From IMG/VR virus record IMGVR_UViG_3300023174_002543, positions 187,664 through 251,663 of that record: a DNA stretch of 64,000 nt, one strand, 5' to 3'. The translations under genes and the position numbers were made by a program. Below are positions 9,123 to 19,159 of the stretch, one piece after another; the first letter of the stretch is position 1, and every line of letters starts with the position of its first letter. Source of the DNA: a virus. The notes beneath the pieces are model-generated. The model ran no database searches and had not been told where the DNA came from. It was given only the letters and a program-made list of their open reading frames with translations.

Positions 9123-9899
9123 GTGGATCCATTAACACTGTTTGCGTTAGCCAACGGGGCAGTAGCCGCTGTTAAGAAAGGGTGTCAATTATATAAGGAC
9201 ATCAAAGGCGCCGCGGGTGATGTTAAAGCAGTATTAAAGGATCTTGACGAACAGTTTAGTAAAGCACATCCACCAGAAAAGCCAGCAAGTCCTGAGGCAC
9301 GTAAACAGTTCATAGAAGAAAAAAATCGTGTTATTGAATTGAATAAACGTGACGGTGAAACTGCCGGTATATACACCGAACTAGGTGAACATCTAGGTGC
9401 ATACTATGACAACTACTACAAGTGCATGGCTGTGTTTGAGGAAGAAGAAAAACGTGCAAAGACTGAGGTTTATCACGGAGATGCTAGTTTAGGTAAACGC
9501 GCCTTACAACGTGTTTTAATGCGTAAACAACTAGAACAGATGGGTGTGGAATTACGTGAGATAATGGTCTATCAAAGTCCAGCCGAATTGGGTGCGTTGC
9601 ACACTGAAGTTGAAGAAATGATGAAAGAAATGGGCAAACAACAAAAAATTCTAATTGCCCAGCAAATGCAACGTGACCGTGCCATGGCAATTAAAAGACG
9701 TAAAAAAAATGAAAATCTTTGGATACAGGCAACATGGGGAGTAGGCGCAATTATAATCATTGCAGCATTTAGCATAATGTTAGCAATGGTAGTAGAATCA
9801 CGTAGGAATTTATATCCTCAATTAGGCAATCAATGGATACCTAAAACAGAACAACAACGTAAAAAAGAAGCAGAACCACAAATATACATAGGAAGGTAA
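9123..9899 (+). CDS. Hypothetical protein with C-terminal transmembrane segment; GTG start with AAGGAG RBS
   Basis: RBS 8 nt upstream of GTG 9123; plus-strand island. Confidence 0.45.
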   Translation: MDPLTLFALANGAVAAVKKGCQLYKDIKGAAGDVKAVLKDLDEQFSKAHPPEKPASPEARKQFIEEKNRVIELNKRDGETAGIYTELGEHLGAYYDNYYKCMAVFEEEEKRAKTEVYHGDASLGKRALQRVLMRKQLEQMGVELREIMVYQSPAELGALHTEVEEMMKEMGKQQKILIAQQMQRDRAMAIKRRKKNENLWIQATWGVGAIIIIAAFSIMLAMVVESRRNLYPQLGNQWIPKTEQQRKKEAEPQIYIGR

Positions 9900-9909
9900 C
9901 CATGATAAT

Positions 9910-10068
9910 ATGGCAGATAATAATAAAAAAGAAGAATACGAATCCTTATGGGAATCATTTGTTGATATGGGAATTAAAAAGGCTTTATTACTAGTATGGT
10001 CTGTGTATATAGTAGCATATATTGCAGCCATGGCTATATTGTATTGGGCCCACAAACATTATAGATAA
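9910..10068 (+). CDS. Small (52 aa) membrane protein, not in ORF track
   Basis: Manual translation MADNNKKEEYESLWESFVDMGIKKALLLVWSVYIVAYIAAMAILYWAHKHYR. Confidence 0.3.
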   Translation: MADNNKKEEYESLWESFVDMGIKKALLLVWSVYIVAYIAAMAILYWAHKHYR

Positions 10069-10117
10069 AATAAATAATTATATGAAATTATCACTATATA
10101 CAATTAATACACATCAT

Positions 10118-10140
10118 GCCCCTATTTTGGGGCTTTTTTT
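10118..10140 (+). terminator. Rho-independent terminator GCCCC-TATTTT-GGGGC-TTTTTTT
   Basis: Perfect 5-bp GC stem + 7 T. Confidence 0.65.
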
Positions 10141-10153
10141 AGGAGGAAAACCT

Positions 10154-10291
10154 ATGAGTTGGTTTAATAGAAAACCCAGATTAAGAGAACCAAGCAGACC
10201 TTCTGCGCCACATCGCACTAGTCCAGTCTCAGAAAAAATATTAAAAGAAGCAAAAAAATTAGGTCCAAAGAAAAAACTAAAAAAAGAATGA
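10154..10291 (+). CDS. Small (45 aa) Lys/Pro-rich basic protein; AGGAGG RBS 8 nt upstream
   Basis: Terminator at 10118-10140 lies inside the longer ORF-track ORF 10022..10291, so the downstream ATG 10154 with consensus SD is preferred. Confidence 0.45.
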   Translation: MSWFNRKPRLREPSRPSAPHRTSPVSEKILKEAKKLGPKKKLKKE

Positions 10292-10344
10292 AGTATTAGT
10301 TTACCCAAGTTTTATCTTTATAAATATATACAAAGGTAACTTAT

Positions 10345-10536
10345 ATGATAACAAAAATGATATGTAGGTTGCGTAAACTTTTAATATATGTATTCAAGGA
10401 AATACCAATTATATTGTTACTTGAGATATGGACTATCGCTAGGGTGTTGTCAACCTTAACGATAGTATTCTATATTATAATTAACAATTTTTTGAAAAAT
10501 AATGTTGATGCTTGTATATTAAGTTTTTTTAAATAG
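10345..10536 (+). CDS. Hypothetical small hydrophobic protein
   Basis: ORF only. Confidence 0.25.
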   Translation: MITKMICRLRKLLIYVFKEIPIILLLEIWTIARVLSTLTIVFYIIINNFLKNNVDACILSFFK

Positions 10537-10543
10537 GCTATTT

Positions 10544-10852
10544 ATGAAATTTTTATACACACTTTTACTATTATCAGTTATGACAACTGCAAATGCTCAA
10601 GTCTCAGAAACTATTACAACCGTTATGCCATGCGGTGAAACAAAACTTATTACTGATAAGTTAAAAAACAGTTATAATGAGAACCCTATTATAATCGGTA
10701 TAGCCGATGATGAGGTTAATAGTTTAATGTCATTGTGGGCTAATACTAAAACCGGTAGTTGGACACTAGTTGCATCTAGTCAAGGACTAAGTTGCATTAT
10801 AGGTACTGGAAAAAATTTAAAGGTTGTCGAGTCTGCTGGCAAGACTATTTAA
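10544..10852 (+). CDS. Small secreted protein (signal peptide MKFLYTLLLLSVMTTANA|Q)
   Basis: Signal peptide pattern. Confidence 0.45.
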   Translation: MKFLYTLLLLSVMTTANAQVSETITTVMPCGETKLITDKLKNSYNENPIIIGIADDEVNSLMSLWANTKTGSWTLVASSQGLSCIIGTGKNLKVVESAGKTI

Positions 10853-11214
10853 AACACCATTGTCAATATAAACAAGTATGTTATCTGATGTGCCATTTGG
10901 TCTAATCCCAAGTGATTCCAAAATTGAATTTTTGACACATCTGTCTCCCCATAATTCATTTTAGTCCAGTCAATGTGATAATGCAATAAACTGTCAATAA
11001 TTGCCAATATCATAGCATATAAAAAGTAACCTTGACCAGTAATCGCTAGTATACAGAATAAAGTAGCTATACCATGTTTGATGCTATGTGTCATACCTTG
11101 CATACTACCATAGATGCCCTTATGTTCCAACTCGCTTTTGGTTTGTGCGGCAAAATCAATATACCAATGTTTGATTTGCAATAGTATGTATAGTGTGATT
11201 AATTCAACTGACAT
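10849..11214 (-). CDS. Hypothetical polytopic membrane protein
   Basis: Hydrophobic segments. Confidence 0.4.
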   Translation of the reverse strand: MSVELITLYILLQIKHWYIDFAAQTKSELEHKGIYGSMQGMTHSIKHGIATLFCILAITGQGYFLYAMILAIIDSLLHYHIDWTKMNYGETDVSKIQFWNHLGLDQMAHQITYLFILTMVF

Positions 11215-11222
11215 GTTTTTCC

Positions 11223-11474
11223 TTATTTTCTGATGGGTGTATAATCAACGTTTGGGGTGGGTGAATAATCTTTGGTAAAGCTATTACGCATCTCATCACC
11301 ATACTTTAATGTGATATAACTAAAGAGTGTATCTTTACCTTCATTTATTCCTATACGCAAATAGTTTAGCCACTTGATTTTTTCATGGATATGCTTTTTA
11401 AGATTGATATCTTTTAGTATATCATCAAAGTTATTTGATTCACGGTAAAAAGTAATGTACTTCATTTTTTCCAA
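11223..11474 (-). CDS. Hypothetical protein
   Basis: ORF. Confidence 0.3.
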   Translation of the reverse strand: MEKMKYITFYRESNNFDDILKDINLKKHIHEKIKWLNYLRIGINEGKDTLFSYITLKYGDEMRNSFTKDYSPTPNVDYTPIRK

Positions 11475-11671
11475 AGTATAAAGTTTATATAGTCTGTCTC
11501 TGATTCAAAATAGAATGTATATTTGCCGGGAAGTAATCCTGCCATACCTTGTATATCATAACCCCAATCTGCAATGCATTGGTTTTGACACCAATTCATT
11601 ATAGGTGCAAGCTGACCAAACTTAATGTCAATTTCAGTCTTGTACTGTGTGTTGGGTGACATTGACTCCAC
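11462..11671 (-). CDS. Hypothetical protein
   Basis: ORF. Confidence 0.3.
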   Translation of the reverse strand: MESMSPNTQYKTEIDIKFGQLAPIMNWCQNQCIADWGYDIQGMAGLLPGKYTFYFESETDYINFILWKK

Positions 11672-12152
11672 TCTTATTTAAGAAATTTATACCATCATCG
11701 CTACGATAAGTGTTACGGTATAAAACGTTGTTAATACCACTTTGGTAGATAAGTTTGGCACAGTCCAAACATGGAGCATGGGTAATAAACAAAGTAGCAC
11801 CCACACCAGATTCGTTAGATTTAGCAAGTTTCGCAATCGCATTCGTTTCAGCATGTAATACCTCGGGCTTAGTTTTTAGTCCGTAACGCACATCACGTTG
11901 GACACTATCGTGCCATTCTTCATACGGATACTTTTCTGCAAACTCATCTGGATCCAACCATCCGCCTGCTCCAGGATCATAAACTTTGTCTTCACAGTTA
12001 TTATCCCAACCACTGGGCATACCGTTATACCCAATAGATATGATTCTATCATCTTTAACAATGATGGCACCAACTTTCAATCGTATAGCATGGCTTAACT
12101 GACTTGTACGTTCGGCTACATCCATGAAATAGTTAATAAACTTTTGTTTCAT
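11634..12152 (-). CDS. cd: dCMP deaminase (HAETNAI...ATLFITHAPCLDCAKLI zinc-binding motifs)
   Basis: H-A-E and P-C-x2-C cytidine/dCMP deaminase motifs. Confidence 0.8.
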   Translation of the reverse strand: MKQKFINYFMDVAERTSQLSHAIRLKVGAIIVKDDRIISIGYNGMPSGWDNNCEDKVYDPGAGGWLDPDEFAEKYPYEEWHDSVQRDVRYGLKTKPEVLHAETNAIAKLAKSNESGVGATLFITHAPCLDCAKLIYQSGINNVLYRNTYRSDDGINFLNKSGVNVTQHTVQD

Positions 12153-12388
12153 TTAACATAAAATGTTTTAATATGGTCTCTGGCTGCTTTGTTGTTTAAT
12201 ATACTTAGCACGTGATTGGTCTCGTTATATTTTTCACAAAAATATTGACCTAATTTTTTATCACCTTTGATTTGTTCAAATAAGAAGCCCTTGAAAAATT
12301 GTTCAAACTCTTGTTCATCAATTTTGAAATTGCTCCTATTTTTACCCAATGATTGTAATTCTAATTGTTTTGCTAAATTATCAAACAT
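12149..12388 (-). CDS. Hypothetical protein (ORF-track start 12430; Met15 preferred)
   Basis: ORF. Confidence 0.3.
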   Translation of the reverse strand: MFDNLAKQLELQSLGKNRSNFKIDEQEFEQFFKGFLFEQIKGDKKLGQYFCEKYNETNHVLSILNNKAARDHIKTFYVK

Positions 12389-12389
12389 A

Positions 12390-12926
12390 TCAATCCCACA
12401 AGTTACGATAATACTTACCAAACAAATCAAGACCTTCTTGTATGCGGTCTTCGTGTTTCTTGTGTCCTACATGGTCATACCAATGTTCATCTGGATTTTT
12501 ATCAACCATTTGATATGTCGCTTCCATTACACCTGTTATAGGATTAGGATAAAGTTTATCAGTTTCTTTCCAATCATACTTTGCCTCACCGTGATGATAC
12601 TTACTATCGTAGTCTCCGTCAGCAATTTGCTGAAAGCTCCAAATCATTTTGTCTAATGCATCGTCCCATGATTTGATTCGTTCATTGAATAGTTCGTCAA
12701 CATTTTCTTTGTAAAAATCAAAACTATCTTGATTGTTATAACTCTCACCGCCTACTTCTGAGAAGTCATGGGGCACACCGTGCTTTGTTGCTTTCAGTTG
12801 TAACAACATGGGGTAGATAATCATAGCCAGGGTATGATCCATATTCCATGTATCATATTTGTCTATTTGTATATCAACTTTTCTATTCCCATTGCCTTTA
12901 GGAAAAGGACCAATTTTAATCTTCAT
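12390..12926 (-). CDS. Hypothetical protein
   Basis: ORF. Confidence 0.35.
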   Translation of the reverse strand: MKIKIGPFPKGNGNRKVDIQIDKYDTWNMDHTLAMIIYPMLLQLKATKHGVPHDFSEVGGESYNNQDSFDFYKENVDELFNERIKSWDDALDKMIWSFQQIADGDYDSKYHHGEAKYDWKETDKLYPNPITGVMEATYQMVDKNPDEHWYDHVGHKKHEDRIQEGLDLFGKYYRNLWD

Positions 12927-13308
12927 GCTTTACTTTTTCTATAACTTCGCCGTCATAGTGATATGCTTGTTTATCATGGAAGACGAACACATCTGTTAAT
13001 TTTGTATATTCTCTGCACCGTTTACAAAGTTCCTCTAATGTAGAAGCCTGACATACAAAGTTGCTTTGGTCTACTGTGTACAAATACAATTCATCATTAA
13101 TAGTTTCCGTTTTAAACATCATCGACCTTGCGACTTCTAACACATGTTCATCTTCTGTATTAAGTCTCTCAATATCTTCTATTTCAATTTCTCTTCCGGT
13201 CATTTTTTCAAATAGGCTAAGCATACGCATTACTGCCATAAACTCGCCTACATGATACCCTACTATAAGGATAAGGATAATTTCAAGTAGTGTGTAAAAG
13301 TCTTCCAT
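12916..13308 (-). CDS. Hypothetical protein with N-terminal TM helix
   Basis: ORF. Confidence 0.35.
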   Translation of the reverse strand: MEDFYTLLEIILILIVGYHVGEFMAVMRMLSLFEKMTGREIEIEDIERLNTEDEHVLEVARSMMFKTETINDELYLYTVDQSNFVCQASTLEELCKRCREYTKLTDVFVFHDKQAYHYDGEVIEKVKHED

Positions 13309-13325
13309 AGAATATACCTCTACTT

Positions 13326-13622
13326 TTATTTATTAATTGTAAGATTAGACCATTGTTTCAATTTTTCAAACTTCTTCATTTTGGCTTCAAAGATGCCTTG
13401 ATCGGTTATGCCAACTTTACAGTCAACTAATAATTCAACCATAGCCATCAAGTCACCAATTTCTTCTTCAAGCATACTAAGATTAGTTCGTTCTTTACCT
13501 GGCTTTAGTTGGTCAGGGCCAAAACGAAAACACTTACTAATTGCTTGTGTTACTTCTGCACACTCTTCCATAAGGATGAGTAATGTTTCTCTCAAATCTT
13601 CATTCATTTTTATTTGTCCCAT
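13326..13622 (-). CDS. mazG: MazG-like nucleoside triphosphate pyrophosphohydrolase (EExxE...EEIGDLM motifs)
   Basis: Small MazG-family acidic motifs. Confidence 0.55.
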   Translation of the reverse strand: MGQIKMNEDLRETLLILMEECAEVTQAISKCFRFGPDQLKPGKERTNLSMLEEEIGDLMAMVELLVDCKVGITDQGIFEAKMKKFEKLKQWSNLTINK

Positions 13623-13825
13623 GTATTCAATTCAGTAACAATGTGTTCTAAAGCCTCTGTAACTTCCCATGTACCATGCGGGGGTGCATAGACGAATGTT
13701 ACATTTTCTAATATACCGTTTTCTCTTGTAATTGTGTTAGTGTAGATAGATATAATTTCAGTAATTTTAATTGCTACTTTATTACCCTTATGGGCTTCAG
13801 TTGCATTTGTCAATGTTATAAACAT
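13610..13825 (-). CDS. Hypothetical protein
   Basis: ORF. Confidence 0.3.
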   Translation of the reverse strand: MFITLTNATEAHKGNKVAIKITEIISIYTNTITRENGILENVTFVYAPPHGTWEVTEALEHIVTELNTWDK

Positions 13826-14292
13826 TATTTTATTCCTTGTAAATATTCTTCGTGTTGTATCCAGTCTGATTTTTTATCAGAACCTTTTAAGAAACCCCAA
13901 TCACGTTGTTGTGGTCCCATGAAGAATAATGTAGTAGCAGGTCCAACATTCTCATCAAGTTCTAACCAGTGATAGTCTTTTGCACCTCGTATAATAACAG
14001 AGCCTGGCCTACGCCACACTTGGAACTCTGCAATCTTTTTGCCCTCGTTATTAAAGACAGGAGTGTGTTCCCAGTATCCACCTTTGATGATAACTGTCAT
14101 ATAGGGCCAGGGATGGTCATGAAAGATTGGATCATCACTAATCAATATTTTATGTAATGTGACATTAAATGGGAACCATTTGCGGTCTTTAAGAAAGACA
14201 TAGTATCTATGCATATAGTCACGACCTGTTCTGCGGTCTGGGATTAAACGATAGCGACCTAACTTATCCATTACTCGGTGAAACCAACTCAT
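13825..14292 (-). CDS. Hypothetical protein (possible cupin-like fold, HDH motif)
   Basis: Weak. Confidence 0.3.
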   Translation of the reverse strand: MSWFHRVMDKLGRYRLIPDRRTGRDYMHRYYVFLKDRKWFPFNVTLHKILISDDPIFHDHPWPYMTVIIKGGYWEHTPVFNNEGKKIAEFQVWRRPGSVIIRGAKDYHWLELDENVGPATTLFFMGPQQRDWGFLKGSDKKSDWIQHEEYLQGIK

Positions 14293-14340
14293 AACATCTC
14301 CTATAGAGTATTATAGCACATAAATGATTTTATGTAAACA

Positions 14341-14365
14341 GAAAAAGGGCATTAAATGCCCTTTT
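14341..14365 (-). terminator. Hairpin terminator AAAGGGCAT-TAA-ATGCCCTTT followed by T-run on minus strand (bidirectional)
   Basis: 9-bp perfect stem. Confidence 0.55.
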
Positions 14366-14382
14366 CTTAGTGCTAGTCTAAA

Positions 14383-14733
14383 TTAGACTTGCTCTGCCAA
14401 CGCACGATAGCCAGCGGCTACAACTGCACGGCTAGGAGTACCCAAACGGTACTTGGTAAAAGTTTGACCAAGACGATTAGTACGCTTGTTAGCGTAAATT
14501 GCAAAACCGTTAAAACGCAATGCGCTAACAGATGCAGTTGGGTTAGCAATACCAAAACGATGGGTAATTTGCTTTGCGGTGAGTTCTTCACCTTTACGTA
14601 GTGCCTCTAAGAGGGCTTGTGATTTAGTCACGTTCATTTTATTTTCCTTAAATGTTTCATTGTTCTCACAATGTACAAAGATTATACGATATTCTTTGCG
14701 CTTATGCAATACATATTGGACACCTTGTTTCAC
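14383..14733 (-). CDS. Small basic putative DNA-binding protein (possible real start MNVTK at ~14637)
   Basis: ORF; followed by terminator. Confidence 0.3.
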   Translation of the reverse strand: MKQGVQYVLHKRKEYRIIFVHCENNETFKENKMNVTKSQALLEALRKGEELTAKQITHRFGIANPTASVSALRFNGFAIYANKRTNRLGQTFTKYRLGTPSRAVVAAGYRALAEQV

Positions 14734-15582
14734 TTAAATGTCCAAATATTTTAACTGAAAACTATCAGCATGTTCATCGTGGCCCTTATATCCTCTTGGA
14801 TTGCACACAATACGTGTGTTACCAATCATATAATCAAATGGTTCATGCGTATGACCATGAGTCCACAATGCAATTTGTGGGTGATTCAAAATGAATTCAC
14901 TCAACTCACTATGGTATCCACCATTCATCAACATATCACCTTTGTATCTATCATGGATTGATTGGTGACTTGGTGTATGGTGACCTACAATAACACACTT
15001 CTGGTCTTTTCTATCGGCTAGAACATTTTTAAAGTAACTCATTGTTTGCGAATGGCGATACATTGTTTGTGCCGGTCGTAACTTAGTGAAACCTTTTTCA
15101 TCATTGCGAATAATGCGATAGTCATTCATCATGTCCGTTAGTGCATGAAGTGTTAGTGGATCACCTTTATTACAATCAGTCCACAATGTAGCACCAATGA
15201 ATGTTACATCATTGATAACTTTCAAATCGTTTTCTAAAAAGTAAACGTTGGGAAACTTAGCACATTCTTCTCGCAAATGGTCCAAACTAGCCTTCCAACG
15301 ACCATGATAGAATTCGTGATTACCTGCAATGTAAATCACATGTGGGAATTGAAAACTACAGCGGCTAAGGAAGTCACGGAAGCGCAACGCTACGACCTGT
15401 CTACGACCAAGGTCAGCAAGATTAATGTTACTATACATTCCATAACTCATTTCCGGATGATTATGTAAATCTTCCGCAATCATAATATCACCGCCGAGGA
15501 TAAGTACCTCCGCACCTTCTTCGTTTTTAAGGTTGATATCTTCAAATTCTAAATGTAGGTCACTACATACTGCTATTTTCAT
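14734..15582 (-). CDS. Calcineurin-like metallophosphoesterase (DLHLE, GGDI, GNHEF, GHHTP motifs)
   Basis: Metallophosphoesterase motif series. Confidence 0.6.
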   Translation of the reverse strand: MKIAVCSDLHLEFEDINLKNEEGAEVLILGGDIMIAEDLHNHPEMSYGMYSNINLADLGRRQVVALRFRDFLSRCSFQFPHVIYIAGNHEFYHGRWKASLDHLREECAKFPNVYFLENDLKVINDVTFIGATLWTDCNKGDPLTLHALTDMMNDYRIIRNDEKGFTKLRPAQTMYRHSQTMSYFKNVLADRKDQKCVIVGHHTPSHQSIHDRYKGDMLMNGGYHSELSEFILNHPQIALWTHGHTHEPFDYMIGNTRIVCNPRGYKGHDEHADSFQLKYLDI

Positions 15583-15929
15583 TTTAATCCTTCAACGTGT
15601 TTGCACTTGCCCCTAAATACAAATCCAGGGCATGAACATGTATGTCCATTTTCTTCTTCAGTAACAGTATATTCGTTGCCTTTACTACCTTTAACTATCC
15701 ATGACTTTGATACTTGTTTAAGTTCGTCAATATGGATATAACCATATGTATTTGGGATTTCTTTGAAAGTACGACCGCGTGTGTCAATACGAATAAAATT
15801 CTTTAATGTACGAACCTCTTTCGAACCATGCGGTACATAAGCATACAATTTAGTTTTGTCATCACTCAAGTAATAAGCATGGTTGGGACAATCAACATCC
15901 CATTTAGTAGTTTCTTGAAATAACTTCAT
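15579..15929 (-). CDS. SWIM zinc-finger protein (CSCPGFVFRGKCKHV)
   Basis: CxCx(n)CxH SWIM pattern. Confidence 0.5.
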   Translation of the reverse strand: MKLFQETTKWDVDCPNHAYYLSDDKTKLYAYVPHGSKEVRTLKNFIRIDTRGRTFKEIPNTYGYIHIDELKQVSKSWIVKGSKGNEYTVTEEENGHTCSCPGFVFRGKCKHVEGLK

Positions 15930-15996
15930 AACATCTCCCTTTGATATCTTATTATAGTACCAAAAGGAGATATTGTCAACATCTTACTTGTTGTTT

Positions 15997-16602
15997 TTAT
16001 ACAACATTATTTGTAATACGTTTTTCTAACACTTTATCCGCTAGCCCATACTCCACTGCTTGGGTAGCACTCATAAAATTATCACGTTCCATATCAGCAG
16101 ATAATTGTTCAAATGTTTTACCCACACTATTATGCTTAACATAAATGTTAGTGAGGTTCTTTTTCATCTCAATAATTTCATTTACCTGAATAAGCATATC
16201 AGTTGCTTGCCCACGTGCGCCACCTGATGGCTGGTGAATCATGTGTCGTGCATTGGGAAGAATAAAACGCTTACCGGGGGAGCCTGCTTGTGCAAGTAAA
16301 CTACCCATTGAACATGCCTGACCCATAACAATTGTATGTACATCTGGTCCGATAAATTGCATTGCATCATAGATAGCCATACCAGCAGTTACACTACCAC
16401 CTGGGCTATTGATGTAAACTGAAATGTCTTTATTGCTATCTTCGCTTTCTAAGAATAACAATTGGGCAACAATAAGATTTGCCATTTGGTCATGAACCTC
16501 ACCCTCAAGTAAGATAACACGGTCACGCATTAATCGACTATAAATGTCGTAACTACGTTCACCCTTTGATGTTTGTTCAATAACGATTGGTACTAATGCC
16601 AT
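15997..16602 (-). CDS. clpP: ATP-dependent Clp protease proteolytic subunit ClpP (Ser GQACSMGS, His MIHQPSGG, Asp ERD)
   Basis: Catalytic triad motifs in order. Confidence 0.85.
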   Translation of the reverse strand: MALVPIVIEQTSKGERSYDIYSRLMRDRVILLEGEVHDQMANLIVAQLLFLESEDSNKDISVYINSPGGSVTAGMAIYDAMQFIGPDVHTIVMGQACSMGSLLAQAGSPGKRFILPNARHMIHQPSGGARGQATDMLIQVNEIIEMKKNLTNIYVKHNSVGKTFEQLSADMERDNFMSATQAVEYGLADKVLEKRITNNVV

Positions 16603-16626
16603 ATAACTTCCTATAAAATAGTAATT

Positions 16627-16655
16627 ATTATATAAGAAATTTACTTGATTGTCAA
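16627..16655 (-). promoter_or_regulatory. sigma70 consensus promoter TTGACA-N17-TATAAT upstream of clpP; -35 embedded in palindrome CTTGATTGTCAAG
   Basis: Read directly. Confidence 0.55.
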
Positions 16656-16663
16656 GTGTTTAG

Positions 16664-18259
16664 TTATCTTTTTTTGACCACTGATTGCTTGCTGCGACCC
16701 ACATTACCGCCTGCTTTAACCTGTTGTGATAGTTTGGTAACTTTATCGGGTTCGGCTATACTTTGTGAAATTTCGGGTTCGTCAATATCTACATCTGGCG
16801 TAGTGTCAACATCAATATATGGACCGTCTGGGCCCATATCTTCATAGTCACTTGCGTTACGACCTAACTTGAAACTAAACCCAGCACTACTTGGTTCTAC
16901 TGCACTAGATTTGTTTTCCATAGTTACAACGCCTTCAAGTTTTGAGGGCCATTGTGTAGCAAATGTTATCTCACCATTAGAATTGTAATCGGTGTATTGT
17001 TGAATAAAGTTCATTTCTAAAACTTGTAGAATAGTATCTGCAAATTCTGGAACAACTGCTTTACTGTTAACTAACTGTGCAATGGTTTTCTTAATCTTAT
17101 AAACCATTTTACCACCGTCACTAGCCTTCTCACTGTTAACATCATTTATTAAAGGTTGATATACTTGCGGTAATTGTAATGATTGTATACCCTTTTCATT
17201 CTTTTGACCCTTGATACTATTAATACTTGCAATACATTGTTGTTGTAGTTTAGGAGCCTTGCTTTCAAATGGTAAAAATTTATGCCAAACTTTTGGTACA
17301 CCGTTTGGACTAACTGAATATAAGAAATCCATAATCTTAAATGCCTGTACAATAGTACTTGGACCAGTCTCATCTTTACCTGCCTGACATAATTCAATTA
17401 ATCTAACTGCATTCTTTAATTTTGCATTACGTTTGATATCTGGACTTATCTTCAACCCTGATATTGCAGGAGCTGCTCCACCACCGGTACCTTTACTACT
17501 GATATTCAAACTATGGCTTGTATTTGGATTTTTAATAACTGCATAACTATCAGCAATGTTATTGTTAGCCGCACTAGGGAAGTTCAATGTTAACTCACCG
17601 ATATCACCACCTAGCCACTCTAAGAACTGTTGCTTTCTTGGGAAGCGACTACGACCATATAATAATGCCAGTACACCCAAGTATTCACCTGCATAATCAA
17701 CAATTGCTTTGCGTTCTGATTCTTTTGCTTTTTCTAAATATTCAGGTGGTAATTGACAATATTCACCTGCAATAATATATTGTGCTAGTTGAATAACTAC
17801 TCTACCATAGTCTGTACTTTGAAGTACTTGATTGCCTGCAATTTGTTCGTATAAATCCGTAGCAGGAATATCTCTGTCTGTAATCTTAATTAAACTTGGT
17901 TTCAGTAATACGGATTCTTTTGTACTACCGCCAAATTCTTCATTCTTGGCCAATTGTGACATCGGAATTTCTTGTCCGTCTTTAGTTAAGATAGTTGTTT
18001 TCTCACCCTTGAACGTACCGTCCTTCTTCATTTTAGTTAGACGCTTTGCCTCATTTGGATCAATAAAGATTTGGTCACCTGTTACATTGTCAATGAAGGG
18101 TTGATTTGTGGATATCTTTTGAATCAATAACGTCCAACGTGCAGGGTCTTTGTTTATTTGGGTGGGGGTTAAGCCGTTAGCAAAAAGAGTTTGAGGAGCA
18201 TTAGGATCCTTCTTTGTTGCTTCTTCTAAATTTTCTAGTATTGTTAATAAATCACGCAT
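16664..18259 (-). CDS. Hypothetical 531-aa protein, no recognised domain
   Basis: ORF. Confidence 0.4.
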   Translation of the reverse strand: MRDLLTILENLEEATKKDPNAPQTLFANGLTPTQINKDPARWTLLIQKISTNQPFIDNVTGDQIFIDPNEAKRLTKMKKDGTFKGEKTTILTKDGQEIPMSQLAKNEEFGGSTKESVLLKPSLIKITDRDIPATDLYEQIAGNQVLQSTDYGRVVIQLAQYIIAGEYCQLPPEYLEKAKESERKAIVDYAGEYLGVLALLYGRSRFPRKQQFLEWLGGDIGELTLNFPSAANNNIADSYAVIKNPNTSHSLNISSKGTGGGAAPAISGLKISPDIKRNAKLKNAVRLIELCQAGKDETGPSTIVQAFKIMDFLYSVSPNGVPKVWHKFLPFESKAPKLQQQCIASINSIKGQKNEKGIQSLQLPQVYQPLINDVNSEKASDGGKMVYKIKKTIAQLVNSKAVVPEFADTILQVLEMNFIQQYTDYNSNGEITFATQWPSKLEGVVTMENKSSAVEPSSAGFSFKLGRNASDYEDMGPDGPYIDVDTTPDVDIDEPEISQSIAEPDKVTKLSQQVKAGGNVGRSKQSVVKKR

Positions 18260-18268
18260 AATATGTAT

Positions 18269-18760
18269 TTAGCACTTGAACAAATCTTGGTGTTTAAACC
18301 AACGTTTTTGTCCATGACTAGTTTTTAGCGCAATACCGTGTTTAGCTAATTTGTCACGGAATACAAAGAAACTAGGACCGTGACTTAGAATGAAATCTTT
18401 ACCTTTTCTATAACGCTTGGGTCCATCTATATCCCATTGATATTGATGACACATTTCATGTGCTAGTGTAGTTACCATCCACTGCGGGCAGAACCATTTA
18501 TCCATCATTTTTATAGTACAGTAACTCCCTGTATAGTTTATTGAAGTTTCTGCTATACACATGCCCCAGTATTTCTTACAATGACTAGCTAAAACTAACT
18601 TTGGCATATGTAGTTTATTGTCAAAAATTAACCAATTCAGTTGTTCATATACATGTCTAATATCACTTTTTGAGGGTCTATAGGGTAATTTTCTCTGTAA
18701 ATAAACAGGGGGAAGAGGAAAATCCATTATTTCTTCTAAGGAGTAGTTAATGAGTTTCAT
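18269..18760 (-). CDS. SprT-like/WLM-type zinc metallopeptidase (LAHEMCHQ HExxH motif)
   Basis: HEMCH motif. Confidence 0.4.
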   Translation of the reverse strand: MKLINYSLEEIMDFPLPPVYLQRKLPYRPSKSDIRHVYEQLNWLIFDNKLHMPKLVLASHCKKYWGMCIAETSINYTGSYCTIKMMDKWFCPQWMVTTLAHEMCHQYQWDIDGPKRYRKGKDFILSHGPSFFVFRDKLAKHGIALKTSHGQKRWFKHQDLFKC

Positions 18761-18829
18761 ACATATATTTATGAAAAATATACTACTTTAGTGCAAACCA
18801 ACTAAATAATAGTACAAGGAGAATTTATC

Positions 18830-19111
18830 ATGGAATTGATTATTGGAATCGCAGTTATTGCAGTTGTTGGTTATTTTGTTTTACGCAAAAAACCAGAAGT
18901 AGTGCAAGAAATCGTTGAGGAAGTTAAAGAAGTCGAGAAAAAAGCTGAAGTAGCAGTTGCTAAGGTTGAAGCAGAAGTTAAAGAAGTTGCTAAAAAGACT
19001 ACCACCCGTGTTAAAAAAGCATTGGATGTTAATCAAGATGGCAAGGTCAATGCTAAAGACGCAGTTGCTGCCGTTAAAAAAGCACGTAAACCACGTGCCC
19101 CTAAGGCGTAA
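18830..19111 (+). CDS. Small membrane-anchored Lys/Val/Glu-repeat protein
   Basis: AAGGAG RBS; plus-strand island. Confidence 0.4.
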   Translation: MELIIGIAVIAVVGYFVLRKKPEVVQEIVEEVKEVEKKAEVAVAKVEAEVKEVAKKTTTRVKKALDVNQDGKVNAKDAVAAVKKARKPRAPKA

Positions 19112-19134
19112 TTCTTTAATTAAACATTAACGGA

Positions 19135-19156
19135 AATAGGGCTACGGCCCTATTTT
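19135..19156 (+). terminator. Hairpin AATAGGGC-TACG-GCCCTATT + T-rich tail
   Basis: 8-bp stem. Confidence 0.45.
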
Positions 19157-19159
19157 ACT

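Noticed and set aside
10022-10291. 89-aa ORF-track ORF spanning 10022-10291
   Set aside because: A strong rho-independent terminator (10118-10140) lies inside it. The downstream ATG at 10154 has a perfect AGGAGG RBS, so only the short 45-aa ORF is retained.
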